Translations under genes and position numbers: made by a program
DNA from: Candidatus Methanomethylicia archaeon
GTDB lineage: Archaea; Thermoproteota; Methanomethylicia; CALHIW01
NCBI GenBank assembly: GCA_038845975.1
Contig: JAWBQF010000001.1
Location: 96,743-160,742 of the forward strand
Direction of reading: 5' to 3'
Length of the DNA stretch: 64,000 nt
The notes under the pieces: model-generated
Told to the model about the DNA's origin: nothing
Databases searched by the model: none
Seen by the model: the letters and a program-made list of their open reading frames with translations, nothing else
In this document: positions 21,067 through 30,993 of the stretch, piece by piece
Layout: each line of letters begins with the position of its first letter
How positions within the stretch are numbered: position 1 is the first letter of the stretch

Positions 21067-22209
21067 CTAAACTTCTTTAATATAGTTTAAGAATTTAGAG
21101 AAAATCCATGAGGTGTCGTATGGTCCTGGAGAGGCTTCAGGATGGTATTGAACAGACAGTATTGGCTTGCTGATATGTTTAAGACCCTCAACAGTTCCAT
21201 CATCAACATTTCTAAACCATGTTTTTAACTCTGTGTTTTCAAGTGTTTTTTCATTTACAGCATATCCATGGTTTTGACTTGTAATATAGCATTTCCCAGT
21301 TTCAACATCTATACATGGCTTATTTTGTCCTCGATGACCATACTTAAGCTTGAAGGTATCAGCATTCAATGCTAAAGCTATTATTTGATTACCTAAACAT
21401 ATTCCTAAAATAGGTAAATCTGTTTCATCAATTATTCTTCTAATAGTTTTTATAGTGACTTCACATCGCTTCGGATTTCCAGGTCCATTACTTATAACGA
21501 TTCCATGAGGATTATATGATAGTATCTCATCAATACTGTAGCTATACGGAACCCTAACAACTCTAAATCCATTAAGTATGAGTTGACGTATAATATTAAG
21601 CTTAACCCCACAGTCAATAAGCACTATATTCTTACCTCTACCATATATTATGGGCTTCTTAACGCTTACTTCTTCAACAAAGTTTATTGATTCATAAGAT
21701 TTAGAGTTTTTTAGAAGTTTAAAGCCATTTTCAGGATCGTCAAAAACCATGGCCCCCATCATAACACCCTCAACTCTAAGTTTCTTCGTTAAATATCTAG
21801 TATCGATACCTGAGATTCCAGGTATACCTTCCATGTATAGCCAATCATTAAAACTCATGGTGGAAGTCCAGTGAGATGGATTTAGACAAAGCTCATGAAT
21901 TACAACTCCCTGAACCTTTATCGATTCAGACTCAAAAAACATTGGGAAGCCATACCTATCAATCATACTGTATGATGGAACACCATAGTTACCTATTAAT
22001 GGATAGGTAAAACATAGTATCTGCCCTTTATATGATGGATCTGTTAAAGACTCCGTATACCCAATCATACCTGTAGTGAAAACAAGTTCCCCAACAGTAT
22101 TTTTAGGATACCCAATAGAAAAACCCTTAAAAACTGAGCTGTCTTCAAGTATGAGCCAAGCGTTCTTAGGATTCTCCGTAGAACCCTTCATATCTTTTTG
22201 AATAGCCAT
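21067..22209 (-). CDS. carA: Carbamoyl-phosphate synthase small subunit
   Basis: TDPSYKGQ, SNGPGNP, GICLG, QNHG, YHPE. Confidence 0.96.
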   Translation of the reverse strand: MAIQKDMKGSTENPKNAWLILEDSSVFKGFSIGYPKNTVGELVFTTGMIGYTESLTDPSYKGQILCFTYPLIGNYGVPSYSMIDRYGFPMFFESESIKVQGVVIHELCLNPSHWTSTMSFNDWLYMEGIPGISGIDTRYLTKKLRVEGVMMGAMVFDDPENGFKLLKNSKSYESINFVEEVSVKKPIIYGRGKNIVLIDCGVKLNIIRQLILNGFRVVRVPYSYSIDEILSYNPHGIVISNGPGNPKRCEVTIKTIRRIIDETDLPILGICLGNQIIALALNADTFKLKYGHRGQNKPCIDVETGKCYITSQNHGYAVNEKTLENTELKTWFRNVDDGTVEGLKHISKPILSVQYHPEASPGPYDTSWIFSKFLNYIKEV

Positions 22210-22334
22210 ATTTAAACCTTTCTACTGAGATAGATATATTTACAACGTAACTGAAACTACATAATAATACAGAATAGTTATATGTAGAACAGATAAAATA
22301 TTTAAGATTCTGCATAAACTCTAAATGTGGAATT

Positions 22335-23570
22335 ATGTCTCTTAAGATACCTAAAGTATTAACTATGGATAGCTTTAATTTTAATAATAAGTATGTTCTA
22401 GTAAGAATTGATATCAATTCACCTATAGATCCTGAATCGAAAATCATATTGGATGATGCAAGATTTAGGGAGCATGCTAAAACAATAAGAGAACTTATTG
22501 AGGGGGAGGCACGCATCACGTTAACATCACATCAGGGAAGACCTGGAGATCCTGACTTCACATCTCTAAATGGACATGCAGAACTCTTATCATCGATTTT
22601 AGGAGTAGAAGTAAAGTTTATTGATGATGTATGCGGTCCAGCTGCAAGAGAAGCGATAAGAAAGCTTAATCCATCAGAGGTTTTACTACTTGAAAATGTA
22701 AGATTCCATTCTGAGGAACTTCTTGAAAGAAAACCTGAACTCCAGGCTAAAACATATCTAGTATCTAAACTTACACCATTATTCAACTACTTTATACTTG
22801 ATGCCTTCGCTACAGCTCATAGATCACAACCATCAATAGTTGGATTCCCACTAACACTAAAATCATGCGCTGGAAGAATTATGGAGGCTGAAATCGAGGC
22901 CTTAAGGAAAATCTACGGTGAAAAGGAGGGAAGGGTATTCATACTGGGAGGAAGCAAGATCCGCGACTCATTAAAAATAATGGAGAATCTACTAGTAAAC
23001 AAAGTAGCTGATAAAATACTTCTAACAGGTCTACTAGCACTTGTATTCCTATATGCTAAAGATGTAAGGCTAAATAGTCAAGTTGTTGAAGTCATAAAGG
23101 AGAAGGGGCTTATGGGGGAAATACCTAAAGCAAGGGAACTACTAAGAAAATACAGTGAGTATATTAAGATGCCGATTGATGGAGCCATAGAGGTTGATGG
23201 AAGAAGAGTTGAGGGAGACATAGAGTCTTTAAAGGGGAGAATAATGGATATTGGAGTTGGAACCATTAATTTATATAGGGAGGAAATTAAGAATGCAAAT
23301 ACTATAATTATAAGAGGACCTGCAGGAGTTATAGAGAAGGATGAGTTTAGAATAGGAAGTGAGAAAATAGTTAAAGCAGCTATTGAAAGTGGAGCATACA
23401 TAATCTTCGGGGGAGGACATATGAGAGCTATAGTAGATAATATTACAGTAAGCTTTCATGGACATATGAGTACAGGCGGTGGAGCTTTACTAACATTTCT
23501 TTCAGGAGAGCCGCTTCCAGGATTAGAGGCACTGGCAATTTCAGCTCAGAAATATTTAAATAGTTTATAA
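22335..23570 (+). CDS. pgk: Phosphoglycerate kinase
   Basis: RIDINSP, SHQGRP, ENVRF, DAFATAHR, STGGGA. Confidence 0.95.
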   Translation: MSLKIPKVLTMDSFNFNNKYVLVRIDINSPIDPESKIILDDARFREHAKTIRELIEGEARITLTSHQGRPGDPDFTSLNGHAELLSSILGVEVKFIDDVCGPAAREAIRKLNPSEVLLLENVRFHSEELLERKPELQAKTYLVSKLTPLFNYFILDAFATAHRSQPSIVGFPLTLKSCAGRIMEAEIEALRKIYGEKEGRVFILGGSKIRDSLKIMENLLVNKVADKILLTGLLALVFLYAKDVRLNSQVVEVIKEKGLMGEIPKARELLRKYSEYIKMPIDGAIEVDGRRVEGDIESLKGRIMDIGVGTINLYREEIKNANTIIIRGPAGVIEKDEFRIGSEKIVKAAIESGAYIIFGGGHMRAIVDNITVSFHGHMSTGGGALLTFLSGEPLPGLEALAISAQKYLNSL

Positions 23571-23573
23571 GTA

Positions 23574-24017
23574 GTGGTTATTATGGTGTATTTTCCGGAG
23601 CCAACATATACTATAGCTTACCTTTTTAGAAGACTTCTAATACCAATAGATGGTTCTGAACAATCCCTTAAAGCATTAAAACTAGCTGTAGATTTTGCAT
23701 TAAGATACGGATCAAAAATAACAGCTCTCTACATAGCTTATGAGGGACAGAATGAATTATACATAGAAGACATTAAGAGGAAAATATTGGAGGTAAGTCA
23801 AAGAGAAGGAGTGGATATAGAGTGTAAAATTAGATACTTTAACCCTATGAAAAGCTCAATTGTAAAGGAGATAGTAAGGGAGAGTATTGACGGCCCATAT
23901 GATGCGGTAATTATAGGTTCACAGGGAGTAGGAGGATTAGGAGGAGAAATAGTTATGGGGGAGGCTGCAATACATGCAGTAATATTTATACCTAAAACAA
24001 TAGTAATAGTACGTTAA
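23574..24017 (+). CDS. Universal stress protein
   Basis: LIPIDGSEQS.KAL..A; IIGSQG..G. Confidence 0.85.
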   Translation: MVIMVYFPEPTYTIAYLFRRLLIPIDGSEQSLKALKLAVDFALRYGSKITALYIAYEGQNELYIEDIKRKILEVSQREGVDIECKIRYFNPMKSSIVKEIVRESIDGPYDAVIIGSQGVGGLGGEIVMGEAAIHAVIFIPKTIVIVR

Positions 24018-24023
24018 ACATTA

Positions 24024-25097
24024 TTAACTGTGGAGTATACATAAAGTCTTCACTGCTTCGGTAAGAACCTCTATACTCTTAATGTAGTCGCTAATTTTTA
24101 CGTACTCATTTTCAGTATGGCTTAATCTTGAATTGCCAGGACCATATGAAACCGAGGGAACACTCATAGACCTAGCATAAACATTTAAGTCACCAGTACC
24201 TGTTTTTCTAATAAGCTTTACAGGTCTACCAAGTATTTTAACTATAGCTCTACTGAAAGCTTTAACTATGGGTGAGTCTAAACTAATTTCGTAGGGTTCA
24301 ACAAGATCATCATAGGATAACTTAACATCCAATCCACTATCTACTATGTATTCCTCAATAATCCTAGAAATTAGCATCATACAATTATTAACACTATAAT
24401 TGGATGGAATTCTTACATCAATATATGCTTTACAACTACTAGGTACAATATTATGTGATTTACCTCCACTTATCCTAGTTAAACATACAGCTACAGAATT
24501 AGATGATGCCTTCTCAAATTCAAGTTTTAGCTTTAAGTATATATTAAATAGCTCCTCTATAGCATTCTTATAAGCCCATGGAGCACTTGAATGCCCACCT
24601 TGACCAGTACTGCAGAATATTTTAACTCCAATCTTACCCCTATACCCTACTGTAAGCCCATATAGATTACTTGGCTCACCAAATACTGCATAGTTAGCTT
24701 TAATATTACTCTTAATTATTTCACTTATACCTTTACCATAACCCTCCTCATCAACTACAGCTGCAACAATTACATTCCCTCTAATATCTTTAAGCTTTGA
24801 AGCTGCAATTACTAGTGCTGCTAGAGAGGCTTTAGCATCAACTACACCCCTACCATAAAGAAACTCGCCATTGAAAGTTACTGGTAGCTTTCCAGGTACA
24901 GTATCCATATGTCCACAAAACAGAATTGTAGGAGAGCTTGAACCAACTTCACCAATAACGTTACCAGCATTATCAATCCTAACATTTTCAAAACCATTCT
25001 CCAACATAAACTTTTCAATATATTTAGAAACTTCGAGCTCGTAACCACTTGGACTATACATCTCAACAATATCTCTAAGAAACTTTACATAGTCCAC
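24024..25097 (-). CDS. lysK: [LysW]-lysine/ornithine hydrolase (M20)
   Basis: GHMDTVPG, GRGVVDAK, DEE, GEP, YGPG..HT; operon context. Confidence 0.88.
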   Translation of the reverse strand: MDYVKFLRDIVEMYSPSGYELEVSKYIEKFMLENGFENVRIDNAGNVIGEVGSSSPTILFCGHMDTVPGKLPVTFNGEFLYGRGVVDAKASLAALVIAASKLKDIRGNVIVAAVVDEEGYGKGISEIIKSNIKANYAVFGEPSNLYGLTVGYRGKIGVKIFCSTGQGGHSSAPWAYKNAIEELFNIYLKLKLEFEKASSNSVAVCLTRISGGKSHNIVPSSCKAYIDVRIPSNYSVNNCMMLISRIIEEYIVDSGLDVKLSYDDLVEPYEISLDSPIVKAFSRAIVKILGRPVKLIRKTGTGDLNVYARSMSVPSVSYGPGNSRLSHTENEYVKISDYIKSIEVLTEAVKTLCILHS

Positions 25098-25112
25098 TAT
25101 TTCACCAGCTAG

Positions 25113-26285
25113 TTAAACACTATAGGATTTTACTACTTCACTAAGAGCTTTAACTACTCTACTTGCCTGCTCCTCGCTAATTATGAGTGGGGGTAGAAGC
25201 CTAATAGTATTGATTCCAGAATATAAGGGTATAACACCTTTCTTAATGGTTTCAAGCAGTATTCTATATATGTTAATTTTCATCTCAATACCGATCATTA
25301 ATCCAATACCTCTAACCTCTCTAATAATTTTACTTTCATCTTGAAGTTTCTGAAGCATATTTTTAAGCTTACTACCAACTCGCTCAGCATTTTCAACTAG
25401 GTTTTCTTCAGCTATAATGTTTAGAACAGTCTTACCGGCCGCGCATGCTATTGGATTCCCGCCGAAAGTACTTGAATGCTCACCTATCTTAAACACATTC
25501 ATAACATCACTTCTAGCAACAGTTACGCCTAAAGGAATTCCGCCTCCAATTCCCTTAGCAATACACATAATATCAGGGTCTATATTGAAATGTTGGTGGC
25601 TCCATAGTTTACCTGTCCTACCTAAACCTGCTTGAACCTCATCTACAATTAGGAGGGAACCATGCTTATACGTTAATTCTCTTAAAGACTTAATAAATTC
25701 GTAGGAGGATATATGAATACCGCTTTCACCTTGAACAGGTTCAACAATAACTGCAGCAGTATTATCTGTAATCTTACTTTCAAAATCCTTAACGTCATTG
25801 TATCTAGCAAATTTAACATGAGGATATAGAAGATGTTCAAATGGCTTCCTATACTTTGAATTCCAAGTTAATGAGAGGGAGCCTAAAGTTTTTCCATGAT
25901 AGCTTCCAGTAAAGGCTATAAACTCCCTTCTACCAGTGTATTTAGCAGCTAGCTTAATTGCACATTCAATAGATTCAGCTCCACTATTTGATAGGAAAAC
26001 TCTATCTAACCCTTTAGGAGTATACTTTACAAGTGTTTCTAGAAATTCTACTCTAGCATCATTATATAGGGAGCAGTGACATATCATTAGTTTTTCACAT
26101 TGATTTTTAATGGCTTCAACAACTTTAGGATGACAGTGACCAACTATAGCTACACCATAGCCAGCCATACAGTCAATATACTCCCTACCTTCAGAATCCC
26201 ATATTAATACACCTCTACCCTTAACAGCAATTACTGGAAATCTTTGATAAACCCCTGCAAGAATTCTATCCTCACCTATTATCAC
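25113..26285 (-). CDS. lysJ: [LysW]-semialdehyde aminotransferase (class III PLP)
   Basis: NSGAE, EPVQGE, DEVQ.G.GRTG, AKG, TFGGNP. Confidence 0.88.
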   Translation of the reverse strand: MIIGEDRILAGVYQRFPVIAVKGRGVLIWDSEGREYIDCMAGYGVAIVGHCHPKVVEAIKNQCEKLMICHCSLYNDARVEFLETLVKYTPKGLDRVFLSNSGAESIECAIKLAAKYTGRREFIAFTGSYHGKTLGSLSLTWNSKYRKPFEHLLYPHVKFARYNDVKDFESKITDNTAAVIVEPVQGESGIHISSYEFIKSLRELTYKHGSLLIVDEVQAGLGRTGKLWSHQHFNIDPDIMCIAKGIGGGIPLGVTVARSDVMNVFKIGEHSSTFGGNPIACAAGKTVLNIIAEENLVENAERVGSKLKNMLQKLQDESKIIREVRGIGLMIGIEMKINIYRILLETIKKGVIPLYSGINTIRLLPPLIISEEQASRVVKALSEVVKSYSV

Positions 26286-27070
26286 ATAATCACCGTTCCG
26301 GAGATGCCGTTAATAGCCTTAGTTACAGGATTACTAGTGTATCCTGAAGCAATAATAGCTTTTCCAACACCCATTTTAACAGCATTAGCTGCAACCATAA
26401 CTTTTCTATTCATTCCGAAACCTATAGATTTTAATGTAGAATCAATATCTTGAATCCTAATTACATCAGCTTTCTTACCGTTAATTATTACTCCCTCAAC
26501 ATCAGTAAGGAATATAAGGGATGATGCCTTAATAGATGAAGCTATACTTGAAGCTACACTATCAGCATCAACATTAAGAAACTCATAATCTAAACTCATA
26601 GCAACAGGAGCTATTACAGGTATGTATCCATTACCAACAAGCATATTGAGAACACCTACATTTACCAATTCTATCTTGCCACTATAATCACCGTTTATAG
26701 CAACCATTCTACCTCTTTCATCAACAATTATAAGTTTCTTCTTACGCTTAGCTATTAGAAGACTTAGATCAACACCGCATAGACCTATAGTTTTTAATCC
26801 ATACTTAGCTAGTGATAGAACAACACTCTTATTTATTAATCCAGCCATTACCATAAGATATATTTTAATATCCTCACCATCAGTATAGCGACTCCTAATA
26901 CCCTCAGGTGAAACAACAAAAACCTGTTTCTTACCTATTTTCTCAGCTATTTTCGTAACTTCATCTCCACCACCATGAACTATTACAATACCCTCACTAA
27001 TACTCTTTAAATCCTCAGCAATATTGCTGAGATTATTTAGTAGCTCACCGCCTATTTTAACAACTATCAT
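26282..27070 (-). CDS. lysZ: [LysW]-aminoadipate/glutamate kinase
   Basis: VKIGG, VHGGG, SRYT, NVDAD, GMNRK. Confidence 0.9.
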   Translation of the reverse strand: MIVVKIGGELLNNLSNIAEDLKSISEGIVIVHGGGDEVTKIAEKIGKKQVFVVSPEGIRSRYTDGEDIKIYLMVMAGLINKSVVLSLAKYGLKTIGLCGVDLSLLIAKRKKKLIIVDERGRMVAINGDYSGKIELVNVGVLNMLVGNGYIPVIAPVAMSLDYEFLNVDADSVASSIASSIKASSLIFLTDVEGVIINGKKADVIRIQDIDSTLKSIGFGMNRKVMVAANAVKMGVGKAIIASGYTSNPVTKAINGISGTVIM

Positions 27071-27078
27071 TAAACCAC

Positions 27079-28131
27079 CTAGATTGGATGAATAGATGGG
27101 ATTTTAAGCCCTTTTCCCTCATCAACTCCAATCATGATATTCATGTTTTGAACCGCTTGACCTGCAGCTCCCTTCATTAAGTTATCTATTGCAGAGAAAA
27201 CAACAATCCTACCTATTCTCTCATCAACTTCAAACCCGATATCACAGTAGTTTGATCCAATAACATATTTAGGATCTGGAAGCTTCTGTAAGCCTTTTGA
27301 ATCTTTGATAAGCCTTATGAATGAGCAATCCCTATAGAATCTCCTATAGGCTCTCCATAAATCGATTTCCTGAATTCTTTTTAGAGTGAAGAGATGACAT
27401 GTTGATAATATACCTCTAACAAGATCTACTGCATGGGGAGTCATAGCTACATTAACATTACTGTTTAATATTAAGCTTAGTTCCTGCTCAATTTCAGCTA
27501 TATGTCTATGCGATGTGGGCTTATATGGTCTTACAACACCACAACGTTCAGAATGATGGGAATATATTGAGGATGATGAACCTGCACCTGAGGAACCTAT
27601 TTTAACATCTACAATTATTCTAGAGGTATCAATGAATTCCGTTTTAATAAGTGGTGCAAGTGCAAGTATTACGCTTGTAGCCATACATCCAGGATTAGCT
27701 ACTAGTCTTGCTTTAGCTATTTCACTTCTATGTATTTCAGGTAGCCCATATACTGATTCACTGAGAAGATTAGGATATGGATGTTTCCATCCATACCATT
27801 TCTCGTAGGCATTAGGATCTTTAAGTCTAAAATCAGCACTTAAATCAATAACTCTTAAGCCAAGCTCAAGAAGTCTAGGTATAATCTTAACTGATGAACC
27901 GTGGGGAACAGCTGTGAAGACAATATCGCACCTCTTAGATATATTATCTAGATCTACATCTGTAAATCTTAAATCTGTTAGCCCCCTTAGATTTGGATGA
28001 ACTCTAAAAACATATTCTCCCTTAAACCTACGTGAAGTAACAACTGTAACATTTAAATCTTCACGTAGTAGTAAAAGTCTTAAAAGCTCTCCTCCAACAT
28101 ATCCTGAACCACCTACTACTCCAATATTCAT
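27079..28131 (-). CDS. lysY: [LysW]-phosphate reductase (LysY/ArgC)
   Basis: GGSGYVGGE, DLSADFRL, NPGC, DNLMKGAAGQA. Confidence 0.92.
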   Translation of the reverse strand: MNIGVVGGSGYVGGELLRLLLLREDLNVTVVTSRRFKGEYVFRVHPNLRGLTDLRFTDVDLDNISKRCDIVFTAVPHGSSVKIIPRLLELGLRVIDLSADFRLKDPNAYEKWYGWKHPYPNLLSESVYGLPEIHRSEIAKARLVANPGCMATSVILALAPLIKTEFIDTSRIIVDVKIGSSGAGSSSSIYSHHSERCGVVRPYKPTSHRHIAEIEQELSLILNSNVNVAMTPHAVDLVRGILSTCHLFTLKRIQEIDLWRAYRRFYRDCSFIRLIKDSKGLQKLPDPKYVIGSNYCDIGFEVDERIGRIVVFSAIDNLMKGAAGQAVQNMNIMIGVDEGKGLKIPSIHPI

Positions 28132-28136
28132 ATTAT

Positions 28137-29027
28137 CTACCTCTTTAAACCGGCTAGATAATCAACAATTCGTCCAGCAACATCAACACCTGACGCTTCA
28201 CTTACACCTTTAAACTCAACATTAGCATTAACTTCATGTACAAGCAAACCACGATCACTCTCCATACAGTCAATACCTAAAACCCCTCCACCCATAGCCT
28301 CAGCAACCCTACAAGCTAAATCTTCAAGCTCACTTGTTAAATCACATTTCTCAGCTCTACCACCTCTAGCAATATTTGTACGCCACTCACCATTCGTAGA
28401 GTATCTATACTCAGCAGCAATAGGCTCTAATCCAACTGTAACAATACGTATATCTCTAGGGGGACGCTTAACAAATTCTTGAATATAAAATATTTCATGT
28501 AAGGGATTATGAAGCTCACTCTTCAACTCAATAACCGACTTAGCAGTTTCAAAATCCTTAACGAGAGATACTAGTCTACCCCAACTACCAAATATCGGCT
28601 TTATTACAGCATAGTAGTTAAATATTTCTAAAGCCTTTAATGCTGATTCTGGATGAAGTGCAATTATAGTTTTAGGAGTAGGTATACTGCATGATTTAAG
28701 CTTTAAAGTTGTTAAAAGCTTATTACCACATATCATAGATACATTAAAGCTATTAATAACTTTAACATTCATGTTTTCAAGTATAGCTGTTAAATATAGT
28801 CCACGGAAATAGCTAATACATCTCTGAAACACTACATCAGCTAAATTAATATTTGAAGATGATAAATCTAAAACTAGGTTTTTAGCATCTATAGGCTTAA
28901 TGCTTAATCCTCTTCTTGAAGCTGCTTCAAGTATTTTCTTCTCCTCCCATCTTATTACATCATATATTAACGCTATATCCACTCGGAGACATAGTTTAAA
29001 GTAGATATTATAGATTATGTATTGCAT
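28137..29027 (-). CDS. lysX: LysW ligase (LysX/ArgX, ATP-grasp); true start probably near 28983
   Basis: IRWEEK, KP.FGSWGR, RDIR, WRTN..RGG, EVN.NVEFKG. Confidence 0.88.
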   Translation of the reverse strand: MQYIIYNIYFKLCLRVDIALIYDVIRWEEKKILEAASRRGLSIKPIDAKNLVLDLSSSNINLADVVFQRCISYFRGLYLTAILENMNVKVINSFNVSMICGNKLLTTLKLKSCSIPTPKTIIALHPESALKALEIFNYYAVIKPIFGSWGRLVSLVKDFETAKSVIELKSELHNPLHEIFYIQEFVKRPPRDIRIVTVGLEPIAAEYRYSTNGEWRTNIARGGRAEKCDLTSELEDLACRVAEAMGGGVLGIDCMESDRGLLVHEVNANVEFKGVSEASGVDVAGRIVDYLAGLKR

Positions 29028-29136
29028 AGGACTACTCTTAAAGGGGTAAGTTCTACATGTAACTTAAATCTAGAAGCTACTCCTCACTTATAGCGTCTTC
29101 CTAAGACTTTATGAAGCTCTAGGAATCTTATAAATA

Positions 29137-29319
29137 CTATTCGCCCCAGTCCTCACCTTCAATTTCGGTAGGCTTAATTACTACTTCACCATTACTTATT
29201 GATTCAATCTCATATGGAGAACCGCAGTCAGGACATGTTACAATTTCACCTATTACTGCATCTTCAGGTATGTTTACTTCACCCTCACATTGAAGACATA
29301 AAGCCTTCATCAACATCAC
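29137..29319 (-). CDS. lysW: Amino-group carrier protein LysW
   Basis: Two CxxC pairs and C-terminal EDWGE. Confidence 0.95.
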   Translation of the reverse strand: MMLMKALCLQCEGEVNIPEDAVIGEIVTCPDCGSPYEIESISNGEVVIKPTEIEGEDWGE

Positions 29320-29733
29320 CTCTAAAACACTATTTCAGAGTGGCTTTAAACATTACTAGTGGAAAACTTAACGAATTCTTCACTCTTAAAGTAGGCAATG
29401 TAACAGTTTAGCAACATGTGTTGAGTATAGAATACTATAAACGCTAAACCATAAACAGTTCAGATACGTTTACAAGACTTAGTGGTAAGCAAATTATGAA
29501 ATATTAAAGCTCAATATTATACACTTACATCATCAATACTGAAAACTACAATATTTAATGAAAACCAACTTCTAAGATATGATGATTGATACTTCATAGG
29601 ATCTTAATAGAATGATGTGGCTTCACCTTAAAGACTTAAGCTATAACAATAGCAATGCTAACCCATAAACCACCAGTAAAGTCCAATTGCAGAAGATATT
29701 AACATTAATAGTAGTGTAAATTACTGATTAGCT

Positions 29734-30150
29734 TTAATGTTGTCTTAATACTATTAAGGTATTTGTATGTGTAATACCGTTTAAAGATCTAACTTCATCT
29801 ATAACCTTATTAAGGTATGCTATATCAGGACCAGATACGAGAACAGCTATATCAAACTGTCCTGTAACCTCGTAAACCCATTCAACGCCTTTAATATTTC
29901 TTATTTCTTGAGCTATTTTAGGATTTGGTATTGCAGGAGTTGATGAAATGAGAATCAATGCTTTAACACTCGGCTCAGAAATTTCAACGGTAAATCTTTT
30001 AATAATTCCTGAATTTATTAACTTCCTAATTCTCTTCCTAACAGCTCCTTCAGATAAATTAAGCTGCTTAGCAATATCAACAAACGATGTTCTTGAATCC
30101 TTTTTTAATATTTCAATTATCTTTCTATCCTTATTATCAACACTCATCAT
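29734..30150 (-). CDS. lysM: Lrp/AsnC regulator (LysM-like)
   Basis: HTH IAKQLNLSEGAVRKRI, VYEVTGQFD RAM domain, upstream of lysW. Confidence 0.8.
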   Translation of the reverse strand: MMSVDNKDRKIIEILKKDSRTSFVDIAKQLNLSEGAVRKRIRKLINSGIIKRFTVEISEPSVKALILISSTPAIPNPKIAQEIRNIKGVEWVYEVTGQFDIAVLVSGPDIAYLNKVIDEVRSLNGITHTNTLIVLRQH

Positions 30151-30193
30151 TATAATTGAAAATACGAGTATAAAAAGCTATATGTTGTGGTTA

Positions 30194-30916
30194 AGACTTG
30201 TTAACTTAAGCATGTTTTATCACCTCTATTTTGGCTTTGTGTTTCTATGAATTCCTTAGCTTTTATTTTCCTGTTAATCCATGTTTCGTTCAGTATGTAT
30301 ATTATTGATTTTATAAGCATTAATACATGTTCACCATCACATCTATCCTTCATGCATGGTATATAGTTATCGAATAGCTTAGTTCTATCCTTAACATACT
30401 GTATTATTCCCTCCATTAGTTCTAACCTCTAAACTATATAATTCATGTTTTAATTTTAATATTCTACATGATGCTTTACAATAATGTGCTCCATCACTTA
30501 ATACAACTATATTAGAACCATAGATAGCTCTAATTTTCTTAAGGAATGCTAGTGATGTAAGCATGTTTGCAACATCGCAAACCCATATGTAGAGAATCCT
30601 CCTCAATAATGGCTCAAACGCAGCATAAATAACCTTACTCTTAGAACCTACACCAATAATAGCATCATCAACCACAATCCTAACATCCCTCCTATCAAAA
30701 TCAATAGAAGATTAAGATAAACCACGATAATATAGAATAACTCCTAATAACAATAAACTAAATATCCAAAGCCATCCTAGAAGAACGAAAACATATATAA
30801 GCAACATAAACAACTAGAGTAAATGGAGTTCTCCCCCTACAAGCTTAACAACTTTAACCATAATTCACCATAAATAAGGGAGAGAACTCCCAAATAAATC
30901 TGAAGTTAACAAAGCC
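30194..30916 (-). mobile_element. IS6-family element copy 2 (~720 bp, frameshifted transposase)
   Basis: TIR GGCTTTGTTAAC at the 30916 end, degenerate AGACTTGTTAAC at 30194. ORFs 30391-30675 and 30201-30416 carry DD/DG/E fragments. Confidence 0.85.
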
Positions 30917-30993
30917 GAGTAAGGAATGGAAAACTTGACGTATTGTAGCTTTCCTACTAAGTTAACAGGTTTAAAGTAAAGCTAATTAAACTT

